NCBI GenBank assembly: GCA_963848135.1
Contig: CAWKCK010000003.1
Span: 1,054,001-1,118,000, forward strand
Source: an uncultured delta proteobacterium
GTDB taxonomy: Bacteria; Desulfobacterota; Desulfobacteria; Desulfobacterales; SG8-13
Direction of reading: 5' to 3'
Length of the DNA stretch: 64,000 bases
Part shown: positions 22,859 to 34,669 of the stretch, in pieces
Numbering within the stretch: position 1 is the stretch's first letter
Layout: each line of letters opens with the position of its first letter
Notes under the pieces: generated by a model
Databases searched by the model: none
Seen by the model: only the letters and a program-made list of their open reading frames with translations
Told to the model about the DNA's origin: nothing
Made by a program: the position numbers and the translations under genes

Positions 22859-24369
22859 TAATTTCCATTCCTGCCGGAGCTAAAGACGATTTCGTTTAGA
22901 GGGAATCTGATGGTGATCAACAGGCCGCCCAATGCACTCTTGGCCGCCTGAATCTCACCGCTGTGACAAGCGACAATTTCTTTGCAAATTGATAACCCTA
23001 AGCCGCTGCCACCCGAAGAACGGCTTCTGGATTGTTCAACCCGAAAAAGCCGATCAAACAGTCGCGGTAGGGCCGACACCGGAACACCCGGACCCGAATC
23101 TTCGAAAGTGATGACCAGTTGTTTGTTAGTGCAGGCGCCACGAATCACAAGTTTCCCCGGCGAGTCAGTGTACTTCAGTGTATTTTCAAATAGATTAAAA
23201 AATAATCGGGTCAACCCGTCTGTATCCCCTGGAATTGTGTTTTTCTGCTCATCGGCGAGTTCAAGGTGAATATCTATGTTTTTCCCGCCAAAACGGTTAT
23301 GGAAAGCATCGAGCGCACGCCTAAGAACCGCCAATGGATTGACCGGTTCCCTTTTGCTTTTGAGACTTTGTGTATCCGCACGAGACAATAGATGCAGATC
23401 TTCGACGAGCTTGTTTAAATGAGCGACTTCAGCCATAAGGGAGCCTACGGCCTGGTTGTCCAAAACACGCACACCATCTTGCAAGGCCTCGATTTCACCC
23501 TTGAGGATCGCTATGGGGGTTCGCAATTCGTGCGAGATATCGGTAATCCATTGTTGGCGTGAGACTTCGTATTTCTTGAGTGTTGCTGCCATATGGTTAA
23601 AATCGTCTGCCAACTGGCCCAGTTCATCTTTGGTGCGGACTTGAATCCGCGTCTCAAATTTTCTATCCGCCAATGCCCGCGTACCGTCTGTCAGCTGTTT
23701 GATGGGTGCCAGTAGATGTTTAGATAACATAAATGCCACAACGGCCGCCAGCAACAAGATACCGCTGCCTATCAGCCAGAATACTCTGGTCTGCTGTTTC
23801 AGAAACCGCTCTACTCTCGGGTGGGACAGGAGCTCTCTTTTGGGAAACCCCAACCATCCAACAATTTTTCCATCGACCGTAATTTCTCGCAGTGAATAAT
23901 TATGAAAGTCGTTTTCTGTTTTCCGCCCGGCAATGTGTTGCTTATTTACATTGAAAAGATTCAGCCCCCGTCGAATGAATACTTCCGGAGGAGCGGGTGG
24001 CGTGTCCCTGATTTCTGTTTCCGGCCGATCTTTAAAAGTTGCCGGAGGATTGGGGTGTGTTTCCCGCTGGACATTATCGGGCCTATAAGCCGACCACCGT
24101 CTATCGGATCCCTTGCGTGGCAGGGTCGCTCGCAATATTTGGCGCCAAATCATGGGGTCATCTTGCAGGCGTTGCCATCCGTTGAGCTGATATTCATTGG
24201 AGAGTTCAATTGTAAGATTATCCAGCCGCTCCAGGGCTTCTTTGTGGATAAAATCGGTAAAATTGCGGGCCACGTAAAAGCGCATAATCCCAATCATCAG
24301 CACCACAACGATGATTGATGTTAATAAAAAAGCGGCAAATATTTTATAGTAAAGTTTTACTCTCATCAA
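22858..24369 (-). CDS. HAMP sensor histidine kinase (BaeS-like)
   Basis: 2 TM, HAMP, DISHELRTP, NLFENTLKY, DSGPG, GSGLGL. Confidence 0.92.
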   Translation of the reverse strand: MMRVKLYYKIFAAFLLTSIIVVVLMIGIMRFYVARNFTDFIHKEALERLDNLTIELSNEYQLNGWQRLQDDPMIWRQILRATLPRKGSDRRWSAYRPDNVQRETHPNPPATFKDRPETEIRDTPPAPPEVFIRRGLNLFNVNKQHIAGRKTENDFHNYSLREITVDGKIVGWLGFPKRELLSHPRVERFLKQQTRVFWLIGSGILLLAAVVAFMLSKHLLAPIKQLTDGTRALADRKFETRIQVRTKDELGQLADDFNHMAATLKKYEVSRQQWITDISHELRTPIAILKGEIEALQDGVRVLDNQAVGSLMAEVAHLNKLVEDLHLLSRADTQSLKSKREPVNPLAVLRRALDAFHNRFGGKNIDIHLELADEQKNTIPGDTDGLTRLFFNLFENTLKYTDSPGKLVIRGACTNKQLVITFEDSGPGVPVSALPRLFDRLFRVEQSRSRSSGGSGLGLSICKEIVACHSGEIQAAKSALGGLLITIRFPLNEIVFSSGRNGN

Positions 24370-24694
24370 ATTTCCAAGATATGATATTTTGCGATTCAGT
24401 CATGTTTACACTCTGGGTATATATAACCTAGGTTGAGCGATTTATCGCCCAGGCGGGATTCACAGTTGCCAGTTAAAGTGCCAAACTGCTCTCTAACAAT
24501 CGTATTACGCATCAATTGGGTTGAATTCTATGTTCCATCCAATGGGTGAAAGTGGTTAATCCAAACAATGGAGTGTAAAGTGAAAGATATCAGATTTTAT
24601 AACCTTTTAACTTTGAACCCTGAACCTGGAACCGATTAGTTGAAATATAGTATACTGTGATCGTTCACACAAATAAAACCTTCATATTTCACCC

Positions 24695-24727
24695 TTTTCA
24701 CATCGTTTCTCCACATTTTCTCCATTC
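24695..24727 (+). promoter_or_regulatory. BaeR/OmpR-type tandem direct-repeat operator
   Basis: TTTCTCCACAT TTTCTCCAT (11-bp period) plus a degenerate third unit, ~80 nt upstream of 24808. Confidence 0.6.
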
Positions 24728-24807
24728 TTTATTGTTAGGTTGTTTCCAGATTCTGGAAGGTCCGGAATCATTTATCCAATAAACAATTTCGGAAAGGGGA
24801 GATTATC

Positions 24808-25311
24808 ATGAAAAAACTGCAATCGATAATAATCGTCAGTGTCGTGTTGGTCACCGGGATCGCGTTATTTGCGGTTGCCTTTGCAGCAGGGGATCAAGGT
24901 TTTAGCGGTCGTGGATTCGGTAAACACCGCGAACACAGAGGTTCAGCGCTTGCGCTATTAAGCCGGTATCAGTTTAAGAACCTCGCCACTGAGACCCTGG
25001 CTGAAATGAGTGGTCAATCGGTCGAAATGATAAACCAGAAATTCGAGAACCAGCGGCCGCGTGTTGTGATGCAGGAATTGAATATCGACCGTGAAGCCTT
25101 TCGTACCGCTATGCAGGGAAAGATCAAAGGCTTGGTTAAGCAAGCCACGGCAAATGGCAGCATTACACCTGTGCAGGAAGAAGAAATTCTGGCTAAAATT
25201 GAGGAAAAGGCTCAGCGCCGCGGGTTGTTAAAACAATTGGTTGAAAAAGGGGTTGCTGATGGAACCATCACCGAGGAGCAGGCCTTAATGCTTCAGCGCA
25301 AGCCCAAATAG
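24808..25311 (+). CDS. Exported helical protein (possibly Spy/CpxP-like)
   Basis: Signal peptide ending AFA; Gly/Arg/His segment; two G.IT..Q repeats; divergent from the TCS. Confidence 0.7.
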   Translation: MKKLQSIIIVSVVLVTGIALFAVAFAAGDQGFSGRGFGKHREHRGSALALLSRYQFKNLATETLAEMSGQSVEMINQKFENQRPRVVMQELNIDREAFRTAMQGKIKGLVKQATANGSITPVQEEEILAKIEEKAQRRGLLKQLVEKGVADGTITEEQALMLQRKPK

Positions 25312-25425
25312 TCAGATACCCGGCCACTGAAAAAATGAACGTATTCAGCGGCATACTGCCTGGCAACGGCATGGGGGGATTCATCTGCCCTCCATGCCTG
25401 CCTCCAGCTGAGAAGATATTTCGAA

Positions 25426-27633
25426 TCAATCTTCATCCAACTCGAGGATTTTACTGATGCGATCGAGCATGGCCAGCTCGCGCTTATCCAATTTTTCGTC
25501 CGCGTTTGCAACCTGCTTGGCCATCGTGAACGCTTCGATTCGGTCTTTCTTGGTGGGCAGCAGGTGTGCCAAACCTTCGAGAGCCAGCTTCTGGTTCAAC
25601 TCCAGCACCCTGGCCTGTTCTTTTATCATGACTTTGTAATGATCGGCAGCCGGTTTGTTTAAGCGGCTATTGGACTGAATGATTTTCTGAGCTGCCGCAA
25701 ACTGGCGTTTGTCCAGAATGCGGTTTGCTCCAGCCACTGCGATAAAAATCCGTACCATCGCTTCTACGAATCCGCCCTCGACGGCGGCCATCTGCACCCA
25801 GGCCTTTCTGCGCTGGCGTGTTTTTTTGTCGATTTTCTTGGTTGCTGATTTTTCCTGCTCAGCCCGTTCCAGGGGGCCGCATATCCATTTCATCCAGGGC
25901 GTACCGTATAATGATTTAAACCAGAATTCCTGTGTTAGATCCCGCATGTCGCGGTAGTAATTCAGGCCGGTCTGCATAACCTCTGAAAAAACATTCTCCA
26001 TGGTTAGAAACGGGTTTTCTTTTGATACCGCCTGGCGAAAGGGTTTTAGCGCTTCAGCCCAGAGTTTGATCGGCTGCATGAAAGGGTTTAAATCTGAAAA
26101 TATATATCTTTCAATCCGCAGTGGATGCATCTGACGGATGGTTTCGGCGGTGGACTCCGATATACCCGATCGAACCCAGGGGCTAAGAAAGATGCGATAC
26201 ATGTCATCGTTAATGCGTGAAATCGTATTCGCCGGAAAAAACGCTTCTTCATCTTTTAGGCCATCGTCTAGATCCAGAATGTCGTCCATAGTTCTGGGCT
26301 CGAAGTGGATATCATAATCGTCCAGCCAGGGTTGGCTGGGACTGCCCGCCACAATCATTTCGTATAGCCCCGGAGACAGGTAATCGAGCATATCGACACT
26401 TCCGATGATGCCGCGGTGTTCCTTCCGGGCCACTTTGCCAGAGACAAATATACCCAGATGCCCGACATTTTCGTGCACCATATAAACGATGACCTGACCG
26501 TGGCTTTTGATTTCATCCACCGATCCATAGACTTTTTTGATCCAGTTCAGTGCCTGCGGGGGGGGCGTAATGTTATCTCCCCCGGAAGCAAATACGATTA
26601 TTGGGTCCTTAAAATTTTTCAAATTGATGACTTTTTCGTCACCCAGGCGCAAAACGCCCTGTTCAAGTTCGTTGCCGATAAATAGACTCTCGACAATGAA
26701 GTGGATCTCTTCGGTATTCATCTTGAAAAAGCCACCCCACCACTTTTCGAATTCTAAAAATCTATTTTCTTCGGTATCGATGTTGGCAAATAGGTGGTAG
26801 AGTTTTTTCCAATAGGTGTTGGCCGGATTAAGATCCTCGAAGCCGGTCACCAGATTCGCTCCGTCGAAGTGTCCCTTGCCCAGATCGCTCCAAAAGGAGG
26901 TCAACCAGACGCCGCCGCATAGCCCGCCTTTATATCGCATGGGATTGGCGCCTTCGACGCCACCCCAATACGACAGGGGCGAGCCGTTAAAGACCATTGG
27001 ACCGGTAACATCGGGACGGTCGGCACCAATCAGCGCTGCAGCCCAGCCGGCCTGACAGTTCCCGATAACGGCTGGTTTGGGAGCATCAGGGTGTCTTGAT
27101 GCTGCTTCCTCGAGAAAGCGGATTTCGGCGGCATGGACATCAGCGATTGTCTGCCGCGGTTCCGGATCGATATAAAACATGACAAAGTAGACCGGATGGC
27201 CGTAGTCCAACGCCACACCGATCTGTGAATTGAGTTTTGAGCCCCCAATTCCGGGTCCATGGCCGGCACGTGGGTCGATGATAACAATGGGTCGTATCGG
27301 TAGAGCGGAATCCGCAGCTTTTGCATTTCGGGTTAATCGGCGTTCGGTCGATTTTACTGGCGCCTCTTTCTTGGATCGCCGGTCCAGGATACGAATCAGG
27401 GAATAATTCACCGGCTGCGCGAAGGTGCGCCCATCGAGTACCATTTCATAATCAAATACCAGGACGGGCGGTTGCCCGGCTTCCAGGTGCGCCAAATAAT
27501 TATTGCCGCGTTTTCTTAAGACGTCCCAGAAAAGAACCGACCGTTGCGTGCGATCTGTCAGGTATTCCATAGTCGAAGACGGCCAGTGCATTATTGCTTG
27601 TGCAAATCCGGAAATTGGATTGAACCCGTTCAT
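25426..27633 (-). CDS. DUF3141 PHA synthase/depolymerase-like alpha/beta hydrolase with TerB-like tail
   Basis: DPRAGHGPGIGG, GNCQAGW, GDNITPP, GHLGIFVS. Confidence 0.85.
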   Translation of the reverse strand: MNGFNPISGFAQAIMHWPSSTMEYLTDRTQRSVLFWDVLRKRGNNYLAHLEAGQPPVLVFDYEMVLDGRTFAQPVNYSLIRILDRRSKKEAPVKSTERRLTRNAKAADSALPIRPIVIIDPRAGHGPGIGGSKLNSQIGVALDYGHPVYFVMFYIDPEPRQTIADVHAAEIRFLEEAASRHPDAPKPAVIGNCQAGWAAALIGADRPDVTGPMVFNGSPLSYWGGVEGANPMRYKGGLCGGVWLTSFWSDLGKGHFDGANLVTGFEDLNPANTYWKKLYHLFANIDTEENRFLEFEKWWGGFFKMNTEEIHFIVESLFIGNELEQGVLRLGDEKVINLKNFKDPIIVFASGGDNITPPPQALNWIKKVYGSVDEIKSHGQVIVYMVHENVGHLGIFVSGKVARKEHRGIIGSVDMLDYLSPGLYEMIVAGSPSQPWLDDYDIHFEPRTMDDILDLDDGLKDEEAFFPANTISRINDDMYRIFLSPWVRSGISESTAETIRQMHPLRIERYIFSDLNPFMQPIKLWAEALKPFRQAVSKENPFLTMENVFSEVMQTGLNYYRDMRDLTQEFWFKSLYGTPWMKWICGPLERAEQEKSATKKIDKKTRQRRKAWVQMAAVEGGFVEAMVRIFIAVAGANRILDKRQFAAAQKIIQSNSRLNKPAADHYKVMIKEQARVLELNQKLALEGLAHLLPTKKDRIEAFTMAKQVANADEKLDKRELAMLDRISKILELDED

Positions 27634-27957
27634 CTTACCTCTCTTGTGTCAGTTGCCATTTGGCAGGGTGATGCCATTTTAATGGCACCAAACAAAAACC
27701 CTTTGGCCCGGAAGGAGTGAGTATTTGATGGTGATTTGAAAGTCACCCTGAAAAACTGTCATATACACTATATCGGGCAAAATAAAGGATCAGTTTACCA
27801 AAACCGCAATGAATTTCATAGGTAAATGATATCCTTTGTTCGGATAAAGGGCGACATTCCTGTATTCTTTTTTAATCTCTTCTCTCAAGACATTATTCGA
27901 TATACTGGTATGCGGTGATTGATTGCTCATGAATATTCCTTTGCGGTAAAAAAGTTC

Positions 27958-30269
<2,312 letters not shown>

Positions 30270-30375
30270 CGTTATTGCCCCCGTCGGACCGGTAGATAAT
30301 CATAGTTTATCCGATGGATAATTCTGCGCACGAAAAGGGCGGGAATCAAGCGAATAAATGGAAGGAGAGTTCTAA

Positions 30376-30702
30376 ATGATCGGTTTAGCCTGGACGTATT
30401 TGATCTCGGCCGGAATTTTTGAAATCGGGTGGCCCGTGGGGTTGAAATTGGCACAGACTCCGGGGAAAACCGTCACTGGTATTGTTTTCGCTGCAATTTG
30501 CATGATCATCAGCGGTTATCTGCTCTTTCTGGCCCAGCGCCATATTCCCATGGGAACCGCTTATGCCGTATGGACGGGTATCGGCGCTGCAGGTACGTTT
30601 ATTCTCGGGATTTTTCTCTATGGCGACCCTGCTGGCGCAATGCGGATTTTTTCGGTGCTGCTGATAATTTCCGGTGTCATTTTGCTGAAACTGGCGCATT
30701 GA
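30376..30702 (+). CDS. SMR family transporter (SugE/Gdx-like)
   Basis: AW.YL..AG.FEI.W..GLK, IPMGTAYAVWTGIGA. Confidence 0.9.
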   Translation: MIGLAWTYLISAGIFEIGWPVGLKLAQTPGKTVTGIVFAAICMIISGYLLFLAQRHIPMGTAYAVWTGIGAAGTFILGIFLYGDPAGAMRIFSVLLIISGVILLKLAH

Positions 30703-30722
30703 CACGGGGGCGTCTCTATCTA

Positions 30723-30898
30723 GTGCCCATCCACGAGTCATTAAAGGCAACACAGAGTTTCCAGTTCATAAATGAGAATTTTTTTCGCTGGGCAAGGCCG
30801 CACAAAGGTTTGCGGCGAGGCGCACTGTACGTGCGCTACAGTTGAAAACCTGCGGAGAACGCCGCCCAACGGAAAAAAGGTCATTTATGGATGGACAC
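30723..30898. mobile_element. MITE-like element, family 3
   Basis: TIR GTGCCCATCCA / TGGATGGACAC; flanked by TATCTA direct repeats; long internal hairpin. Confidence 0.7.
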
Positions 30899-31089
30899 TA
30901 TCTATGCCCAGTAGGAGTGCATATGAAAATAGAAACCTGAATAAAACGCTACAACTCTTTTGCACGCCTTGAGTTCGGGAAATTCTGCGTCGGATTTCGT
31001 CTCGGCTTGTCGGTGATCGTGCCGTTTTTCCACAGATCAGGAATTTCGGTATTAAATGGTCAACTTCAGAGGTGGGAACATTGTCACTG

Positions 31090-31537
31090 TCATTCATCGT
31101 TTTGAAGTAATTCGATATCAGCTTTGTCGTGAGTCCTATTAGATATTTTTTTAGATTTTATCAGGCTGTCTTTGTCGATATAATTAACCGTTTGATTACC
31201 GTAAGGTCCCTGCACGCGTTGACGCCACACCTCGGAGAAATCGAGGCCTTTTATGGGGGTCAGAATATCTATTCTGACCGGTTCGTAGCCGAGTTGGATG
31301 ATGGCGTCTTGCTGGGTGAAATCTTCAATACTAAGATTGAGTGAACCAAAACCGAAATCCGTCAAGGCATTCAACAATTGTAGAGCATTTTCGCGGCTTG
31401 ATTCGATCAAGGTCAATGTCTTTGGTGTAACGCGGTTTGGCATGAAAAGCCAAGGCATAGGACCCGATGATGCAATATTTGACATCATGCCTGTTTAATA
31501 ATTGTAGAAAATCTTCGTAATCTTTTTCCGTCTTCAC
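31090..31537 (-). CDS. Minimal nucleotidyltransferase; frameshift near 31410
   Basis: IIGSYALAFH..PRYTKDID continues in another frame to VRIDILT and K..SNR.HDKADI. Confidence 0.8.
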
Positions 31538-31691
31538 AAATGGGCATACCTTTTAATTTAAAATGTTCTTCACGTAATGTTTGTACCATTTCGATCCGCT
31601 CTGCACTTGTTTGACGCAAATAGTATTCTTTGTCGAATCTCTCAGCCTCATCGAATGTGGCGGCCTTATTTATCCATACTTTTCTATCCAT
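31485..31691 (-). CDS. Small partner protein upstream of the nucleotidyltransferase
   Basis: FDEAERFDKEYYL..T.AERI; overlaps the downstream gene. Confidence 0.6.
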   Translation of the reverse strand: MDRKVWINKAATFDEAERFDKEYYLRQTSAERIEMVQTLREEHFKLKGMPICEDGKRLRRFSTIIKQA

Positions 31692-32080
31692 AGGGCTATG
31701 CTACCATATGCGGATATAAAATGATAGATTGACTTAAAACGGCATTCATAAACCAAGGAAAGTGTATAAACGCGGTTTCGACAAGGATGATTACCGGGTG
31801 TGCAAGCGGCTGCTGAGCGTCATGCGGACGTCACTGATCGAGGTTATTTCCGAGCTGTCGGTGGTCCAGCTGCGCGGGCTGTTTTCTTACACTCGGCGCA
31901 GAGCTGACTGAAAAAATTGGGAGCTGGAACTGTTGTTTCCAGCCATAATTGGTTTCCACAATTTCTCCGACGGACAAGGTAAAGTGGGAACGATGACTTT
32001 TGTTCCGGTTTGATGTGCGAATTCGCAATCAGAATATCACCGATATTGTAACGTCCTCCGGGGTTCAAGTTTCAGGTAAT

Positions 32081-32098
32081 TATCTTGACATCAAGGTA
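32081..32098. promoter_or_regulatory. MarR operator 1, overlapping -35 TTGACA
   Basis: Palindrome TATCTTGACATCAAGGTA. Confidence 0.75.
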
Positions 32099-32118
32099 TA
32101 TAGGCTTATTGTCAGGTC

Positions 32119-32553
32119 ATGGAAACAGCAGCTCACATACGGTTAATCTTATGGAAAACGGCCAAGGCGATCGAAAAGGCCGATCGGGCCAGTATCGCCG
32201 ATACTGGTTTAATACTCAGCGATTTTACCATCATGGAAGTGCTGCTGCACCGGGGCTCGCTGCCGATCAACACCATCGGCGAGAAAGTGCTGTTGACCAG
32301 CGGGTCGATGACCGCGGCCATAAACCGCTTGGAGAAAAAGGGGTTGGTGACGCGAATCCAAGACCCCTCGGATGGGCGGTGTTTCCATGTCCACCTGACC
32401 AAGTTTGGACACAATGTCATCAAAGAAGCGTATGCGAAACATGAGAGCAACCTCGAAAAAATCGCCGCGGTCCTGACCGGTGAAGAACGAAGTGTTCTTG
32501 TCAAACTATTGAAAAAAATCGGCTATCAAGCTGAGGCAGGTCTTCCAGGCTGA
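32119..32553 (+). CDS. MarR family regulator (MhqR-like)
   Basis: F..MEVLLHRG.L.I..IGEKVLLTSGSMT.AINRLEKKG, D.R...V.LT. Confidence 0.9.
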   Translation: METAAHIRLILWKTAKAIEKADRASIADTGLILSDFTIMEVLLHRGSLPINTIGEKVLLTSGSMTAAINRLEKKGLVTRIQDPSDGRCFHVHLTKFGHNVIKEAYAKHESNLEKIAAVLTGEERSVLVKLLKKIGYQAEAGLPG

Positions 32554-32569
32554 TATTTTTATGACTTAA

Positions 32570-32587
32570 AACCTTGAAATCAAGATA
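32570..32587. promoter_or_regulatory. MarR operator 2
   Basis: Palindrome AACCTTGAAATCAAGATA, same core as operator 1. Confidence 0.75.
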
Positions 32588-32604
32588 AATATATGAGGGA
32601 CACC

Positions 32605-34191
32605 ATGCATACAAAACAGTACATACCCGGAATTCATCACATAACCGCCGTTGCATCATCGGCGGCTGCCAACCTGGCTTTTTACGAAAAAGTCCTCGGA
32701 TTACGGCTGGTCAAACAAACCGTCAATTTTGACGATCCGTACACTTATCACCTTTATTACGGTGATGCCCAGGGCACTCCGGGTACGATTTTGACCTTCT
32801 TCCCCTGGGAAAACCTGCCCCAGGGTAAACCCGGTTCCGGGATGGTGACGGCGGTGGCCTTTGCGATTCCCCGTCAATCGATTGATTTCTGGGTGAACAG
32901 AATAGATGGTGCGGGCATCGAGACGCAAACAGAGGAGCGATTCGGGGAACCGGTCCTTCGGTTCACAGACCCTCACGGGTTGCCACTCGAACTGGTCGGC
33001 GTAATGACACCACCATCGACCATATATTGGAAAGACGGTCCGGTTACTGAAACGCATGCGATCACAGGGTTCCATTCGGCCACAGCCACCTTGAATCGCC
33101 TGGAAGAGATGAAAGGACTTTTGCTGGATGTGATGGGTATGACTCTCAAGGAGCGGGAGAATAACCGCTACCGATTCAGGTTGGAAAGCCATAAGGCGCC
33201 CGGACATATCTACGATGTCGTCTTCGATCCCGAAGCTCCGGCGGGCAGGCCCGGGGGGGGCACTGTGCACCATATTGCGTTTCGTACAGAGGACGGTGAA
33301 TCCCAAACGGTCTGGCAATCCCTCCTGAGGCAGTCGGGCTTCGGTGTTACCGATGTCCGCGACCGGAATTATTTCCGTTCGATTTATTTTCACTCTCCGG
33401 GTGGCGTTCTCTTCGAAATCGCCACCGATCCACCGGGATTTTCCGTGGATGAAAACTTGGAAGAGCTGGGAACCACTCTCAAGCTGCCGAATCAATACGA
33501 ACACATGCGGGAGACTATCGAAAACCAGTTGCCGCCCTTGCGTTCGAGTCCTTTTCATCACGTTTTCAAGGCGCCGCAGCCGAAGGACGATGACGGCCAG
33601 ACTCTCGTGACACTGCATGGGACCGGGGGAAACGAGCATGACCTTATCAGGATCGCACGAGATGTGGCCCCATCGGCGGCCATTCTCAGCCCCCGGGGGC
33701 AGGTGATGGAGAATGGCATGCCCCGTTTCTTCAAGCGATTGGCCCTTAACGTTTTCGACGAAAGAGATGTCGCACAGCGGGCCAATGAGCTGGCTGATTT
33801 TATCGTTTCGTCAGCCGGTGGATACAAACGAGATCCGGAACAACTCACGGCCCTGGGCTATTCCAATGGTGCCAACATTGCCGCAGCGATTATCCTGCTG
33901 CGACCAGAGGTGTTCGCCAGAGCCGTTCTGCTGCGACCGATGCTGCCCCTTCAGGATCCCTCCGCTCCTGATTTACAAGGTAAACAGATCCTCATTCTTA
34001 GAGGGGAGCACGATACGGTCATACCTTCCGATGGCACCGATCGGCTTGTGATGACCCTACAGGATGCCGGAGCCAATGTCAGTGTCCAATGGATCCCAGC
34101 CGGACACGAAATAACCGGCCGGGATTTGGAAGAAGTAACTTACTGGCTCACAGAAACATCCGCTCCCCGTCAGGCTATTTCCCATTCTTAA
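32605..34191 (+). CDS. Ring-cleaving dioxygenase (MhqA/O/E type) fused to an MhqD-like alpha/beta hydrolase
   Basis: GIHHIT, TVNFDDP.TYHLYY, VHHIAFR, DRNYF.SIYF..PGGVLFEIATD; then LHGTGGNE, GYSNGANIA, GH. Confidence 0.9.
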   Translation: MHTKQYIPGIHHITAVASSAAANLAFYEKVLGLRLVKQTVNFDDPYTYHLYYGDAQGTPGTILTFFPWENLPQGKPGSGMVTAVAFAIPRQSIDFWVNRIDGAGIETQTEERFGEPVLRFTDPHGLPLELVGVMTPPSTIYWKDGPVTETHAITGFHSATATLNRLEEMKGLLLDVMGMTLKERENNRYRFRLESHKAPGHIYDVVFDPEAPAGRPGGGTVHHIAFRTEDGESQTVWQSLLRQSGFGVTDVRDRNYFRSIYFHSPGGVLFEIATDPPGFSVDENLEELGTTLKLPNQYEHMRETIENQLPPLRSSPFHHVFKAPQPKDDDGQTLVTLHGTGGNEHDLIRIARDVAPSAAILSPRGQVMENGMPRFFKRLALNVFDERDVAQRANELADFIVSSAGGYKRDPEQLTALGYSNGANIAAAIILLRPEVFARAVLLRPMLPLQDPSAPDLQGKQILILRGEHDTVIPSDGTDRLVMTLQDAGANVSVQWIPAGHEITGRDLEEVTYWLTETSAPRQAISHS

Positions 34192-34200
34192 TGATTCGAA

Positions 34201-34233
34201 TATAAATCCAGGCCTTAAAAGCCTGGATTTATA
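34201..34233 (+). terminator. Inverted repeat after the dioxygenase gene
   Basis: TATAAATCCAGGC-CTTAAAA-GCCTGGATTTATA. Confidence 0.7.
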
Positions 34234-34669
34234 TTTAGGATAGGCTTACCGCTATACCCGGAAATGAGGCTGGCACGTCTGGCGATACTTGAACGGGTGC
34301 GCTGCGCAATAGACGGATTGGACATTGTTCTGTTTGGTAGAGCCATGCGAACACGAAGTGTTGACCGCTGATGATCCCTCAGGCTATAGGTGATTGCATA
34401 CCGGGAAGCGGTATGATTTGTTGATGATATGGGGCTTCCGACCGATACAAGAGGGTATTGTTTCGATGGCTCATAGTGGTTGTCATAATATCGTTCCGTT
34501 ATTCGACCGTTTTTTTCACCAACCACTTTAACCGCCCTTGGGTATGGCGGAACTAATTTTTGAAACGCAGCATAAGCCCCAATGGCCGTGCGGTGCGATT
34601 GTTTTTTAAATTTTCGCCGATAGATCCCGTGCACAGTCCTATCCATTCATTCAAAAGCGGAATAAACAT

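Noticed and set aside
24607..24634. TGAACC-type heptamer repeats
   Set aside because: Only about three degenerate units; too short to interpret.
27662..27690. Sigma-54 promoter for the DUF3141 gene
   Set aside because: GG-to-GC spacing is one base short of consensus.
30272..30375. Guanidine riboswitch upstream of the SMR gene
   Set aside because: No twin ACGR hairpins or other ykkC-type motif recognised.
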